Origin: a virus
Strand: one strand, 5' to 3'
IMG/VR virus record: IMGVR_UViG_3300021185_001174
Location: 32,001-96,000 of that record
Length of the DNA: 64,000 nucleotides
Part shown: positions 16,587 to 25,659 of the stretch, piece after piece
Numbering within the stretch: position 1 is the first letter of the stretch
How the letters are laid out: the number at the start of each line of letters is the position of its first letter
The notes under the pieces: model-generated
Database searches by the model: none
What the model was told of the DNA's origin: nothing
Seen by the model: only the letters and a program-made list of their open reading frames with translations
Program-made: the position numbers and the translations under genes

Positions 16587-18883
16587 ATCTTACAACTATC
16601 GCAATCATCTTCATCAATGATTGTCTGTTCTAATTCTGGCAGTTCTTCTTTCATTTCTCCAGACCCATCATAAGTATTAAAGTAATATAGTTGTTTTAAT
16701 CCATACTTATACGCTGTTACTAAATCTTGCAACATGACTGACATAGGTATTTTATTATCCTCATAATGTTCTGGGTTGTAAGAAGTATTAACACTAATAC
16801 CCTGGTCAACATACTTCTGTAAGATAGCACATATCTTAAGATAACCATCTGGAGATTTCTGGTCCCATAGTAGGTCATATTTATTTCTAAGATAATGATA
16901 ACCAGGTACTACTTGGGCCAGAACCCCATCTTTACTTTGTTTGTACGATACTAAAGCACGAGGTGGTTCAATACCATTCGTACTATTAGAGATTTGTGCA
17001 GATGTTTCAGCCGGCATTAATGCCATGAGAGTACTATTCCGAATACCCGTGGTTTTGAGTTGAGTTCTCAGCTCGTCCCAAGGTAGTCTTTCTTTATGCT
17101 CTATTAAATTATCTACTGCACTCTTATATGTATAATTAGGAGTATCTCCAAATGCGTATTTTGTCTGATTATTTAAAGGTATTTTACCTTTTTCTTTGGC
17201 TAAATTAGCAGATGCCTTAATAAGATAGTAACTCCATGCCTCTGCATATTCATCTACTACTTCAAATGCACCTTCATCATACTTAAGACCACGTTTGGCT
17301 AAGAAGTATGCCAGATTAATAATACCAATACCTAATGGTCTTCGGTTCATAGTAGAGATTTCTGCGGCCGGAATAGGATAGTCTTGGTAATCTAATAGCT
17401 CATCTAAGGCCCTTACAGATAAATCACACCACTTCTCAAATTCTTTTGGGTCACTAATTAAACCCCAATTAATTGCTGATAGAGTACAAAGAGAAATTTC
17501 TCCCTCTTTATCATTAATATCATTAAGTGGTTTAGTCGGTAGATTAATTTCACAACAAAGATTAGATTGTTTAATAGGTGCCTCTTCTGCAATAAAAGAA
17601 CCATGGTCATTTGCATGGTCAACATTCATTACATATATTCTACCAGTATCTTTTCTTTCTGTAAGTAATTTTTGGAATACTTCTAGTGCTGGTATTGTTT
17701 TCTTGCGAATAGAATATGCTCTTTCATACTTCTCATAAAGTTCTTTAAATTTATCTTGGTCATCAAAAAATGCTTCGTATAACCCTGGTACTTCATTAGG
17801 GTCGAATAGCGTGATGTTCCCACCTGATAGTAGTCTTTCATACATTAACTTGTTAAGTTGGAATGCATAGTCCATATGACGGACTCTATTCTCTTCAGTA
17901 CCTTTATTATTCTTTAATACTACTAGGTCTTCAAATTCATAATGCCATATAGGTAGATAAACTGTAGCCGCTCCACCTCTAACTCCACCTTGACTACAAG
18001 ACTTAACTGCAGACTGAAAGTATTTTAGAAATGGGATGAGACCAGTATGAACTACCGAACCATCACCAACTCTGGCACCTTCTGCTCGTATCTGTCCTGC
18101 ATTAATTCCAATACCAGCCTTTTTACTAATATATTTTACTATGGATGATGCAGTAGAATTGATACTATCAAGATTATCATCAGATTCGATAAGCACACAA
18201 CTTGAAAACTGACGGGTCGTTGTACGAACTCCAGCCATGATAGGCGTAGGTAATGAAATATAGAATAGAGAAATTGCATCATAATAATCCTTAACAAACT
18301 TTAATCGGGTTTCTTGTGGGTAATTACTAAAGAGTGTTGCCGATACCATCATATATAACATCTGAGGTGTCTCGTAATGTTCTTTAGTCTTTCTGTCTTG
18401 TACTAGATACTTACCTCTAAATTGTTCCATACCTGCGTATGTAAAGGTATCATCACGTTCATGTTTAATATAAGAACCCAATTCATCTAGCTCTTCTTCA
18501 GTATATTTTACTAATATACCAGCATCATAAACACCACTTGATACATTATGTGCAATTAGTTGTTTAAGTGGCCATGGAGTATATTCTCCGTAGACTTCTT
18601 TTCTTAATTTATATGAAATTAACCTAGCTGCAACGAACTGGTAATTAGGGGTGTGTTCAGATATGAGTTCTGCAGCAGACTTAATAAGTAACTCATGTAT
18701 ATCATATGCTGGAATTTTGTCATAGAGCTGAATGTTTGATTTCAGTTCTATCTCCGACATTGATACACCAGATATACCATCTGTTGCCCATTCTAGTACT
18801 TTATGTACTTTCTCTAAATCGAATTCTTGGCTGTCGCCATTTCTCTTTGTAACCTTAATGGTCATATTATTTGTGCCTATCAT
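16583..18883 (-). CDS. nrdA: Ribonucleotide reductase class Ia alpha subunit
   Basis: ATP cone, QFSSCVLI, QSNLCCEI, MPAETS, C-terminal CDSCKI. Confidence 0.98.
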   Translation of the reverse strand: MIGTNNMTIKVTKRNGDSQEFDLEKVHKVLEWATDGISGVSMSEIELKSNIQLYDKIPAYDIHELLIKSAAELISEHTPNYQFVAARLISYKLRKEVYGEYTPWPLKQLIAHNVSSGVYDAGILVKYTEEELDELGSYIKHERDDTFTYAGMEQFRGKYLVQDRKTKEHYETPQMLYMMVSATLFSNYPQETRLKFVKDYYDAISLFYISLPTPIMAGVRTTTRQFSSCVLIESDDNLDSINSTASSIVKYISKKAGIGINAGQIRAEGARVGDGSVVHTGLIPFLKYFQSAVKSCSQGGVRGGAATVYLPIWHYEFEDLVVLKNNKGTEENRVRHMDYAFQLNKLMYERLLSGGNITLFDPNEVPGLYEAFFDDQDKFKELYEKYERAYSIRKKTIPALEVFQKLLTERKDTGRIYVMNVDHANDHGSFIAEEAPIKQSNLCCEINLPTKPLNDINDKEGEISLCTLSAINWGLISDPKEFEKWCDLSVRALDELLDYQDYPIPAAEISTMNRRPLGIGIINLAYFLAKRGLKYDEGAFEVVDEYAEAWSYYLIKASANLAKEKGKIPLNNQTKYAFGDTPNYTYKSAVDNLIEHKERLPWDELRTQLKTTGIRNSTLMALMPAETSAQISNSTNGIEPPRALVSYKQSKDGVLAQVVPGYHYLRNKYDLLWDQKSPDGYLKICAILQKYVDQGISVNTSYNPEHYEDNKIPMSVMLQDLVTAYKYGLKQLYYFNTYDGSGEMKEELPELEQTIIDEDDCDSCKI

Positions 18884-18909
18884 TATGTTTCTCGGTTTTA
18901 ATAGTATAT

Positions 18910-18938
18910 ATTATACTACACTTTACGTGCAATGTAAA
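18910..18938 (-). promoter_or_regulatory. Sigma70 early promoter for nrdAB
   Basis: TTTACA-17-TATAAT. Confidence 0.85.
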
Positions 18939-18951
18939 CAATTAATTACTA

Positions 18952-19326
18952 TTATTTTTTATTTTTTGAGAGATGTTTTACTATTTCTTTAGAATGTATT
19001 TCGGTAAGAGTTAATAAATCCTCTTCAATACCTTCTATTCTATCCATCAGCTCAGGGTATACATCAAACTCATGTAGTTCTTTACATGGGTGTGAATTGG
19101 CCTCAAGGGCATCTAATCTCTCTGCTACGAGAGGGAATTGTTTACGAAATTTTGAATCCTTTTTAATTAGTTCTAGTTCGTATTTTTTGGCGAAGTACTC
19201 CATGTATCTATCAACTTGTGCTTGGAACCAGATACCAACTTTAGTATCTTGAAACCATTTATAGAATGAACTACCAATAATTGATGATAGAATGGACTTT
19301 AAGCTGAGTATGATTAACCAGTGCAT
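18952..19326 (-). CDS. Hypothetical protein with hydrophobic N-terminus
   Basis: 124 aa; last gene of the spanin/lipase unit. Confidence 0.65.
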   Translation of the reverse strand: MHWLIILSLKSILSSIIGSSFYKWFQDTKVGIWFQAQVDRYMEYFAKKYELELIKKDSKFRKQFPLVAERLDALEANSHPCKELHEFDVYPELMDRIEGIEEDLLTLTEIHSKEIVKHLSKNKK

Positions 19327-19328
19327 AA

Positions 19329-20087
19329 CTACACCTTTTTCTTACTTAGCTTTTTAATCGCATGTACATAGTTAGGCATTCCGTGGTCTACAACTCCATC
19401 AAAGAATTTAAATCTTTTCCATGAGTTAAATATACCATAGAAGAAATCGGACCAAGTAGACTTAGGTGCGTGCTCACCATGTCTATCAAAGTAAATCATT
19501 TCGCCGTGGTGTCTGAATCCTAGCCATGCTGGTGGGATTCTACATACTATATCATTATTATTCATAAATCTATAGTGGTCACATTTTATATTCTTAATAA
19601 ATCTTTTACCACCCACTCTTGGTGAACCGAATGTGAAGAGTTCTTGAGGTTTATATCTAGTAGAACTAATTGTTGCCATAGCAGCACCTAGTGAATGTCC
19701 TGTAAAGTATACATCTTTTCTTACTTTTAGTTGGTCATTATGTTCTAGTTCTTTTACTATGTCCATCCATAAATCATCTACTTCTTGTTGGAACCCACCA
19801 TGTACTTTACCACCTGCCATCGCAGAATTCTTAAATACTTTTAAGTCTGCCATAACATCATTGAGTTTACTTGGTTCAGTTCCTCTAAATGCAAACCATA
19901 AATCGTTTCTATCTTTAGCGATAAGTACTTCAGCACCATCCTTAGATATTAACTTAACCCATGCAAAGCCAAGTTTCTTAGCTGCAGTGATTGCTGGTTT
20001 TTCGTTCATATATGCAATTGCGGATAACTTTGCGGCTATTACTGCCCTATCCCATTTACTCCCTTCTTTCATTCTAGTCGTTGCCAT
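19329..20087 (-). CDS. Class 3 lipase (alpha/beta hydrolase)
   Basis: AFRGTE, VHGGF, FTGHSLGAAMA nucleophile elbow, FTFGSPRVG, NNNDIVCRIP, DHGM; start refined. Confidence 0.92.
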   Translation of the reverse strand: MATTRMKEGSKWDRAVIAAKLSAIAYMNEKPAITAAKKLGFAWVKLISKDGAEVLIAKDRNDLWFAFRGTEPSKLNDVMADLKVFKNSAMAGGKVHGGFQQEVDDLWMDIVKELEHNDQLKVRKDVYFTGHSLGAAMATISSTRYKPQELFTFGSPRVGGKRFIKNIKCDHYRFMNNNDIVCRIPPAWLGFRHHGEMIYFDRHGEHAPKSTWSDFFYGIFNSWKRFKFFDGVVDHGMPNYVHAIKKLSKKKV

Positions 20088-20577
20088 TTTCATTCTCCAC
20101 TTTAATTTCAACTGCTCCAGCATCTTCATCATTTATCGTTACATTCCTATAGTAAACTATCACCTCACCGAGCTGATTAATATATCTTTTAATTTCCTGA
20201 GTATTATAAGCCATTAACTCATAATCATCAGCTGTCATTGCAAAGAATACTATATCTCCGCCATGTTTCTTTTTAATATCATCTATAAACCTATCGAGAT
20301 ATGTATACCCCTCTGGATATAAATCTTCTCTACCTAATTTGCAATCTGTTTCTTTAGTTTCTGGATTCTTTAAACAGTTTTCAATAATTCTAGTATCTGA
20401 TACCACATACCATTTAGGTTCTTTTAAGTCTATTGCTCTAGGCATTACAGGCTGAACAATATCTATCTTAATAGGTTTAGTTATAATTTCTACTTCGCGA
20501 GGAGGCTTCTGGAGAAGCGCACATCCACTAGTTAGTATTGAGAGCGCTAATGCGCTGACTATCAGCTTCAATTGCAT
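20074..20577 (-). CDS. Outer-membrane spanin (Rz1-like lipoprotein)
   Basis: Lipobox LTSGC, proline-rich segment, overlaps the upstream i-spanin candidate. Confidence 0.7.
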   Translation of the reverse strand: MQLKLIVSALALSILTSGCALLQKPPREVEIITKPIKIDIVQPVMPRAIDLKEPKWYVVSDTRIIENCLKNPETKETDCKLGREDLYPEGYTYLDRFIDDIKKKHGGDIVFFAMTADDYELMAYNTQEIKRYINQLGEVIVYYRNVTINDEDAGAVEIKVENENGND

Positions 20578-20923
20578 CGAATGCCTCCTTCGTTCTAATA
20601 TTGGCCCTAGTCTCTATAAGACCAGGTTTTGCACTTGCTAACTTTGATAAGTTATGGCGTCTGAATATATCTAAGTATTCAGCCATCTGTGCTTCTATTT
20701 GTTGATTTTCTGTTTGTAACCCAGAAAGGGCTTTAGTTGTGGTCGCAAGATTATTCTGAATTGCCCGAATGGCGTCTCTCTGTTCTTGGTCTCTTAGGTC
20801 TTGAGCAACAATTATTTTTGTTTGTTCCTCAATCTTGTTCTTCATAGGAACTACTGATAGGTTATAATATAAGGTACATGATAATCCCATAGCAAAAATA
20901 ATTCCCAACCAAATCTTTGTCAT
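20528..20923 (-). CDS. Inner-membrane spanin (Rz-like)
   Basis: N-terminal TM helix followed by a long coiled coil; overlapped by the lipoprotein gene. Confidence 0.7.
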   Translation of the reverse strand: MTKIWLGIIFAMGLSCTLYYNLSVVPMKNKIEEQTKIIVAQDLRDQEQRDAIRAIQNNLATTTKALSGLQTENQQIEAQMAEYLDIFRRHNLSKLASAKPGLIETRANIRTKEAFDAIEADSQRISALNTN

Positions 20924-20937
20924 AATAATCTCTCTTT

Positions 20938-21183
20938 CTACTTAGTCTCTATTGTTTTTAAATGTAACTTCTGAGCCTGTAGTTCTTTCTTAGCTTCATT
21001 AGCCTTTTTACGAGCTAACATTCTTTCTACGAATTTTCTACCTTCTTTAGTTCGGCCATCGTATACTCTTTTCTTATGTTTCTTATGTTGAGCTGGAGTC
21101 ATAGCATCTGAGGGCATTGAAACTCCTCCACCTGCTACTGAATTAGCTGCTGCATCTTCCCATATATCTTTAAAACTTTTCAT
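20938..21183 (-). CDS. Small basic protein, candidate internal head protein
   Basis: N-terminus MKSFKDIWED; YDGRTKEGRKF motif. Confidence 0.6.
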   Translation of the reverse strand: MKSFKDIWEDAAANSVAGGGVSMPSDAMTPAQHKKHKKRVYDGRTKEGRKFVERMLARKKANEAKKELQAQKLHLKTIETK

Positions 21184-21758
21184 CTTTTTATATTCCTGTT
21201 ACTTATATATATCTTCTGTGCAGTTTGAACATGATGCACTTCATATATATTTTGGTTAAAGAATGAACCAACTGGTTCTAAAAACTCATCAACCTTTACT
21301 TTAGTTTTTGACCGTGCAATAATTTCACCCGTAATAGGTGATGCAATGTCTTCTGATAATATATAAACACCTGGTCTCAATTTATTATCTTCTTGAAACC
21401 AAGTTGACTCTTCTAAGATATCATCTTCAAAGTCGCCAATTACTTTAGTAAGAACCTTCTTAATTGATTCTTCTGACATACCAGTTTCTTCTTTAATAAG
21501 AAAGAGAGCTGCGGCATAACTGGCTAGTTTACTTTTACCAAATGGTAACTTACCTAATACTCTCTTAATATTAAATACTAATCTATGGAAAACTGTATAT
21601 GAACTTTTTTCTTCTGGAGTTGTAGCCTTCTTTAACTTCTTACCATTTTCATCTACTAACCCCATTTCAAAGGCTTTAGACTTTTCCCACGGCGTAGTTA
21701 GCAGCCTTAAGAACCTAAAGGCATATACTAAATCACCAGCTCTGGATAAAACTCCCAT
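21180..21758 (-). CDS. Conserved T4-like hypothetical protein
   Basis: YAFRFLRLLTTPW, FHRLVFNIKR, LASYAAALFLIKE. Confidence 0.75.
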   Translation of the reverse strand: MGVLSRAGDLVYAFRFLRLLTTPWEKSKAFEMGLVDENGKKLKKATTPEEKSSYTVFHRLVFNIKRVLGKLPFGKSKLASYAAALFLIKEETGMSEESIKKVLTKVIGDFEDDILEESTWFQEDNKLRPGVYILSEDIASPITGEIIARSKTKVKVDEFLEPVGSFFNQNIYEVHHVQTAQKIYISNRNIKR

Positions 21759-22130
21759 TTAAATTTCCCTTAACTTCTTTATAATAAATGGGTCCATTGG
21801 AATATTAACCCATTCATCTTCTTTTAAATAATTTAAAAATACTAAAAATGGTTTAAGATAGGGATAGTGTATCTCCTCTACCTTAAACTCAATCATTTTA
21901 TTCGCATTCTGTATACCAAATACATTATATAAGACTATTAAATGATTTAAGATTAACCTTTCTTGTAGGTCATCGTGCATCTCATATCTACTTAACAGTC
22001 TTTTAATATATTTAAATCTATTTAAGTCCTCTTCAAATTCTTCTACTTCAATACATTCTGGATTGTCATAGTTATTCATTGCAAAGAGCTTAAAATTCTT
22101 ATTCGTCAATGTATCAAATATTTTCATCAT
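21759..22130 (-). CDS. Conserved T4-like hypothetical protein
   Basis: YDNPEC...EFEEDLNRFKYIKRLL...ERLILNHLIVLYNVFG. Confidence 0.75.
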   Translation of the reverse strand: MMKIFDTLTNKNFKLFAMNNYDNPECIEVEEFEEDLNRFKYIKRLLSRYEMHDDLQERLILNHLIVLYNVFGIQNANKMIEFKVEEIHYPYLKPFLVFLNYLKEDEWVNIPMDPFIIKKLREI

Positions 22131-22162
22131 ATATTATATATACTTCCAAAAAAGGCCAGTAG

Positions 22163-23248
22163 TTACTTATTCAAAGTTGGTCCGTATACCTTAGCCTTAT
22201 ATTTTTTAACAATCTTTTGTACATTTCTATCAGCAAGAAACTTAGTTAAAGAAGCTTCATCGCCGTAAAATTCTAAAGACGCTGGAGCAGAAGAACCACC
22301 ATCAAAGCTAGTTACATGCATTTTTTTAATTTTACCAATTAGTTTATCCATCTGATCCATTTCGGCTTTAGTAAATCCAAAATCATCATTAAACTTATTA
22401 GAACTATTACCTTTAACTACTTCAATAGATGCTCTAGCTTCGAAGCCTCTACGATTTCTATCTTTATAGTTTTTCATGTCTCTAACATCTTCTTGGACAT
22501 CTTCATTCTTTGCTTTATAGTTCTTGTCTACATAGTTAAAGAATTCTTTTCTTTTTTCTTTATCTAATTCAGCAGGTGATTCTGCACCAAACTTCTTAAG
22601 TGCTTTGGCAAAGAACTCTTTATACTTCTCTTCTTCAGAAAGTTCTGGCTTGGATTCTTTAACTTCCATAATTTTACTAGCTTTAGAACCTAGTAGATTT
22701 TTTAAATCATATCTTAAATCGGAAATAGGGTCTTTACCATAAGTACTCTTAGTTGCAGTCTTTGTACTATACTGTGACATTGCCTTTGGATTCCAATCAT
22801 CTACTGCGGCAAAAAGACTATTTAAAAGTTCAGTGTAATCCTTTTCTTTATTAGTACCCTTAAATTGTTTTTCCATTTTTTCTAGTTCTGCTAAAGCTTT
22901 TTCCCATGAACTTTTACTCTTAACAGAATTTTTATTAATAATGGCTTCTTTAACTACTGTGCCATCCATATCTTTTTCACCAGACGTTTTAACTTTATGC
23001 AAAGCTTTAAAATCTTTCTCACCTTTTGCTCTAGGCTCTTCAGGCGATTCATTCTTTGGTTTATCGTGAGTATAACCCTTATCTGATAGTTCTTTATGGT
23101 CTTTCTCAGTTTTAGCTACTTTCTTCTCACCAGTTTCGGGATGAAACATATCGTGAGGATATTTAGCCTCTTCTTTTTTTATTCTACCCTCTACTACGTC
23201 CATCACAGTCGCAGCAATGTCTAGGGTTGCTTGGTCATTAATTTTCAT
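22163..23248 (-). CDS. Modular charged protein, candidate internal head polyprotein
   Basis: K/E-rich modules (e.g. YKEFFAKALKKFGAESPAEL) separated by x-x-E-E/A type sites. Confidence 0.55.
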   Translation of the reverse strand: MKINDQATLDIAATVMDVVEGRIKKEEAKYPHDMFHPETGEKKVAKTEKDHKELSDKGYTHDKPKNESPEEPRAKGEKDFKALHKVKTSGEKDMDGTVVKEAIINKNSVKSKSSWEKALAELEKMEKQFKGTNKEKDYTELLNSLFAAVDDWNPKAMSQYSTKTATKSTYGKDPISDLRYDLKNLLGSKASKIMEVKESKPELSEEEKYKEFFAKALKKFGAESPAELDKEKRKEFFNYVDKNYKAKNEDVQEDVRDMKNYKDRNRRGFEARASIEVVKGNSSNKFNDDFGFTKAEMDQMDKLIGKIKKMHVTSFDGGSSAPASLEFYGDEASLTKFLADRNVQKIVKKYKAKVYGPTLNK

Positions 23249-23257
23249 ATTATTCTC

Positions 23258-23557
23258 CTAAGTTATGAAAAGCATTCCTGTAATCCCTGTGGCTGCTGCC
23301 GCTATGATTATCCAGAATAATTTATTAATTATCGTTACGGTTGATGCATTGTCTCTTACCAATGTATCTAGTTTATCTACTCTATTTATAAGAGATAGAA
23401 TCTGTTCACCTTGTTGTTTACCGAATTCGGTCAACGTAATGATTTTTTCTTCTGCCCGAGCGAGGGCTATAATTGCGTCCGACATCTGATCAATCTTGGT
23501 TTCGATTCTATCCAGTCGTGCGGCTTGTTCTGCTCTTTGTTCAGCTGCTGTCGCCAT
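23258..23557 (-). CDS. Coiled-coil protein with C-terminal TM helix (holin/XhlA-like topology)
   Basis: RLDRIETKIDQMSDAII...LFWIIIAAAATGITGMLFI. Confidence 0.55.
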   Translation of the reverse strand: MATAAEQRAEQAARLDRIETKIDQMSDAIIALARAEEKIITLTEFGKQQGEQILSLINRVDKLDTLVRDNASTVTIINKLFWIIIAAAATGITGMLFIT

Positions 23558-23822
23558 GTTTATAAACCCTGCATTTTAGGGGAGTAGCCCCTTTAATTAA
23601 CCTATGGTATTCTTCTTTCTTAATATCAAATACCATTCCTTTTTTAAGGAGCCAAGGTAGACATTTCTGTAACTGAATCTGCCAACCTTCTCCTTCTAGT
23701 ATCTCTATTTCTCTATCTTCCATATCACGATGCCAAACATACTCAGCATCATCTATAGAGGGGTCGAATGTTCTAACCTCTCCATCTTCCCAGTACGGTT
23801 TACCAAAAGTAATTTCCACCAC
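23541..23822 (-). CDS. Cupin-like conserved hypothetical protein
   Basis: VWHRDMEDR...YHRLIKG pattern. Confidence 0.6.
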   Translation of the reverse strand: MVEITFGKPYWEDGEVRTFDPSIDDAEYVWHRDMEDREIEILEGEGWQIQLQKCLPWLLKKGMVFDIKKEEYHRLIKGATPLKCRVYKHGDSS

Positions 23823-24189
23823 CTGATAGTCCTAAGTCTTTTGCATAACGCGGTAATCGACAAGCCCAATACCCAGACGACATCTTATCTGTCTTAGTAT
23901 CACAATTATGGCGGGCTGCAAAGGAAGCAGCTGCCCCCTTATCGTTAATCTTACTAGTGAGGCCGCCCTTGGCATCACCAAATTCTATCTTCTTTACGTT
24001 TCCTGTTTTAGGATTTTTAACGTAAACAACGTATTTCTTTTTACCACTAGACCTTTTAGGTGAGTTAAGTTCTACATCTCTACCCTGGTAATCTGCTTCT
24101 GATAGCTCAATCATTGGTTGCTCTAACGGCACCTGTTGACCTTCATAAAGTCCGAATCTCTCTTCTATGTGTTCTAAGAAACTATGCAT
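23800..24189 (-). CDS. Conserved hypothetical protein, candidate internal head protein
   Basis: N-terminus MHSFLEHIEE; KKYVVYVKNPKTGNVKKIEFGD, SFAARHNC, GYWACR. Confidence 0.65.
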   Translation of the reverse strand: MHSFLEHIEERFGLYEGQQVPLEQPMIELSEADYQGRDVELNSPKRSSGKKKYVVYVKNPKTGNVKKIEFGDAKGGLTSKINDKGAAASFAARHNCDTKTDKMSSGYWACRLPRYAKDLGLSGGGNYFW

Positions 24190-24638
24190 TATACACCCAA
24201 GCCTTTTATTAGTCTTATTACTTTACTTAGTAACATTTTAACAGCTGTGTAATATGCAAATCCATGACCCCATAATATATGAAAGGTATGGTTCTTTTCT
24301 ATTTCTGATTTAGGTCCGAACTTCTTAGTCCAGTTATCTACATATTCACCTTTATATCTTAGTACTGCATGTGATACTTTCCACTTACTAGGTCCAACTA
24401 GACAGATACCAGCCTGATGTGTTATTAACATCCACCACATCTTAAGGTGACTCTTTCCACATAGTCTATAAAGAATTGATAAAGAATAATCTTCGCAATC
24501 CCCTACTAATTTACCTTCTGCATCTTCTGAATAAATAACTTTCCATGCATCTGCAAAGCCATATTGTTCTCTATCGTATCTATATTTCCACTTAGAATTA
24601 AATGATTGTACTATTCCATCTCTTTCCAATTTTGTCAT
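24189..24638 (-). CDS. Transglutaminase-like cysteine protease
   Basis: GDCEDY (Cys), HAVL (His), YVDNW (Asp) triad pattern; start refined to MTKLER. Confidence 0.75.
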   Translation of the reverse strand: MTKLERDGIVQSFNSKWKYRYDREQYGFADAWKVIYSEDAEGKLVGDCEDYSLSILYRLCGKSHLKMWWMLITHQAGICLVGPSKWKVSHAVLRYKGEYVDNWTKKFGPKSEIEKNHTFHILWGHGFAYYTAVKMLLSKVIRLIKGLGV

Positions 24639-25309
24639 TTTCGACCCCCCTGACTCTTTATCCACTTTTGAGCTATTTTATTCTCTGGTGTTTTCTTAGC
24701 CCACTGTTGTATATCCTTATAAGCTTCTAAAGTAGATGTGTTAATATCTGCATCTGTTGAGTTATCTATTACTGTCATTCGGTTACGAAAAAGCCCTTGG
24801 AATTTACCAATGTTTTTCTGTACTGATTTCCACATCTTCTCAACTTCTGGCTCTTTTAACTGTCTTGGTCTATTCTTATTTCTTTGTTGTGCAGTCTCTA
24901 AATCTGTATTAACAAATATCATGTGTACTGCATAACCTATATCTCTTAACTGGTCCACACTTGCTTTAATTTTGGCATAGTCTTTACCAGTACCATCTAT
25001 TACAACACCTAACCTACCTTTTAAAGCAATCTCTAATTGTTTGCCTGTAAGTTTCTTTGCCTTATCTCTAAGAGCCTGGCCCTGGGCAGAATATATATCA
25101 TCTGGCTCCATAGTAAGTCCTGCTTTAGTAAGTGCATTTTCATAGTTTGTATCAGAGTTTATAAGTTTAAACCCTAAAGATAATAAAGAAGTCTTACCAA
25201 CTATAAATGATTTACCTGAACCAGGCCCACCGGCAAGGAATACTGCCTTAAATATAGATGGGTCATTTACACCTTCATCAATTTTAAAATGTTCTTTAAA
25301 CCTTATCAT
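24635..25309 (-). CDS. Zeta-toxin/PNK-like P-loop kinase
   Basis: FLAGGPGSGKS, INSD, VIDGTG, VNTDLETAQQRN; N-terminus MIRFKEHFKIDEG. Confidence 0.8.
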   Translation of the reverse strand: MIRFKEHFKIDEGVNDPSIFKAVFLAGGPGSGKSFIVGKTSLLSLGFKLINSDTNYENALTKAGLTMEPDDIYSAQGQALRDKAKKLTGKQLEIALKGRLGVVIDGTGKDYAKIKASVDQLRDIGYAVHMIFVNTDLETAQQRNKNRPRQLKEPEVEKMWKSVQKNIGKFQGLFRNRMTVIDNSTDADINTSTLEAYKDIQQWAKKTPENKIAQKWIKSQGGRK

Positions 25310-25659
25310 TTCTTTAAATCGTACCTAAATGATTTATTTTTATCCTGGCCACTCTTAGTAATACCATACCCAGCAATCTTAGCTAGTTGTTGAAGTACTG
25401 GCCAATTCTTTTCGGATTTCTTACTTCTATTATTCTTCAGCATGTCATTTTCTATTTTATTAAATAAAGTTTTAATCATATCCAAGTCATGCATGACCAA
25501 TGGTGCTTCTTCTAAGTCTTCACTTCGAGCTCTTCTGAAGTCTTGTTTAGTAGGCGCACCTTTTGAACCTGCCTTCCTCATTGGTCGGCCTTCTTTTCTT
25601 TTATTATGGATATTGGCCCAGAGACCATTTCCTTCCATGAAATCCTTAAAGTCGCTCAT
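25306..25659 (-). CDS. Basic modular protein, candidate internal head protein
   Basis: MSDFKDFMEG; GLWANIHNKRK...KGAPT module. Confidence 0.6.
   Translation of the reverse strand: MSDFKDFMEGNGLWANIHNKRKEGRPMRKAGSKGAPTKQDFRRARSEDLEEAPLVMHDLDMIKTLFNKIENDMLKNNRSKKSEKNWPVLQQLAKIAGYGITKSGQDKNKSFRYDLKK

Noticed and set aside
24635-25309. Zeta toxin as part of a toxin-antitoxin pair
   Set aside because: No epsilon-like antitoxin recognisable; context and leader fit a virion-associated kinase better
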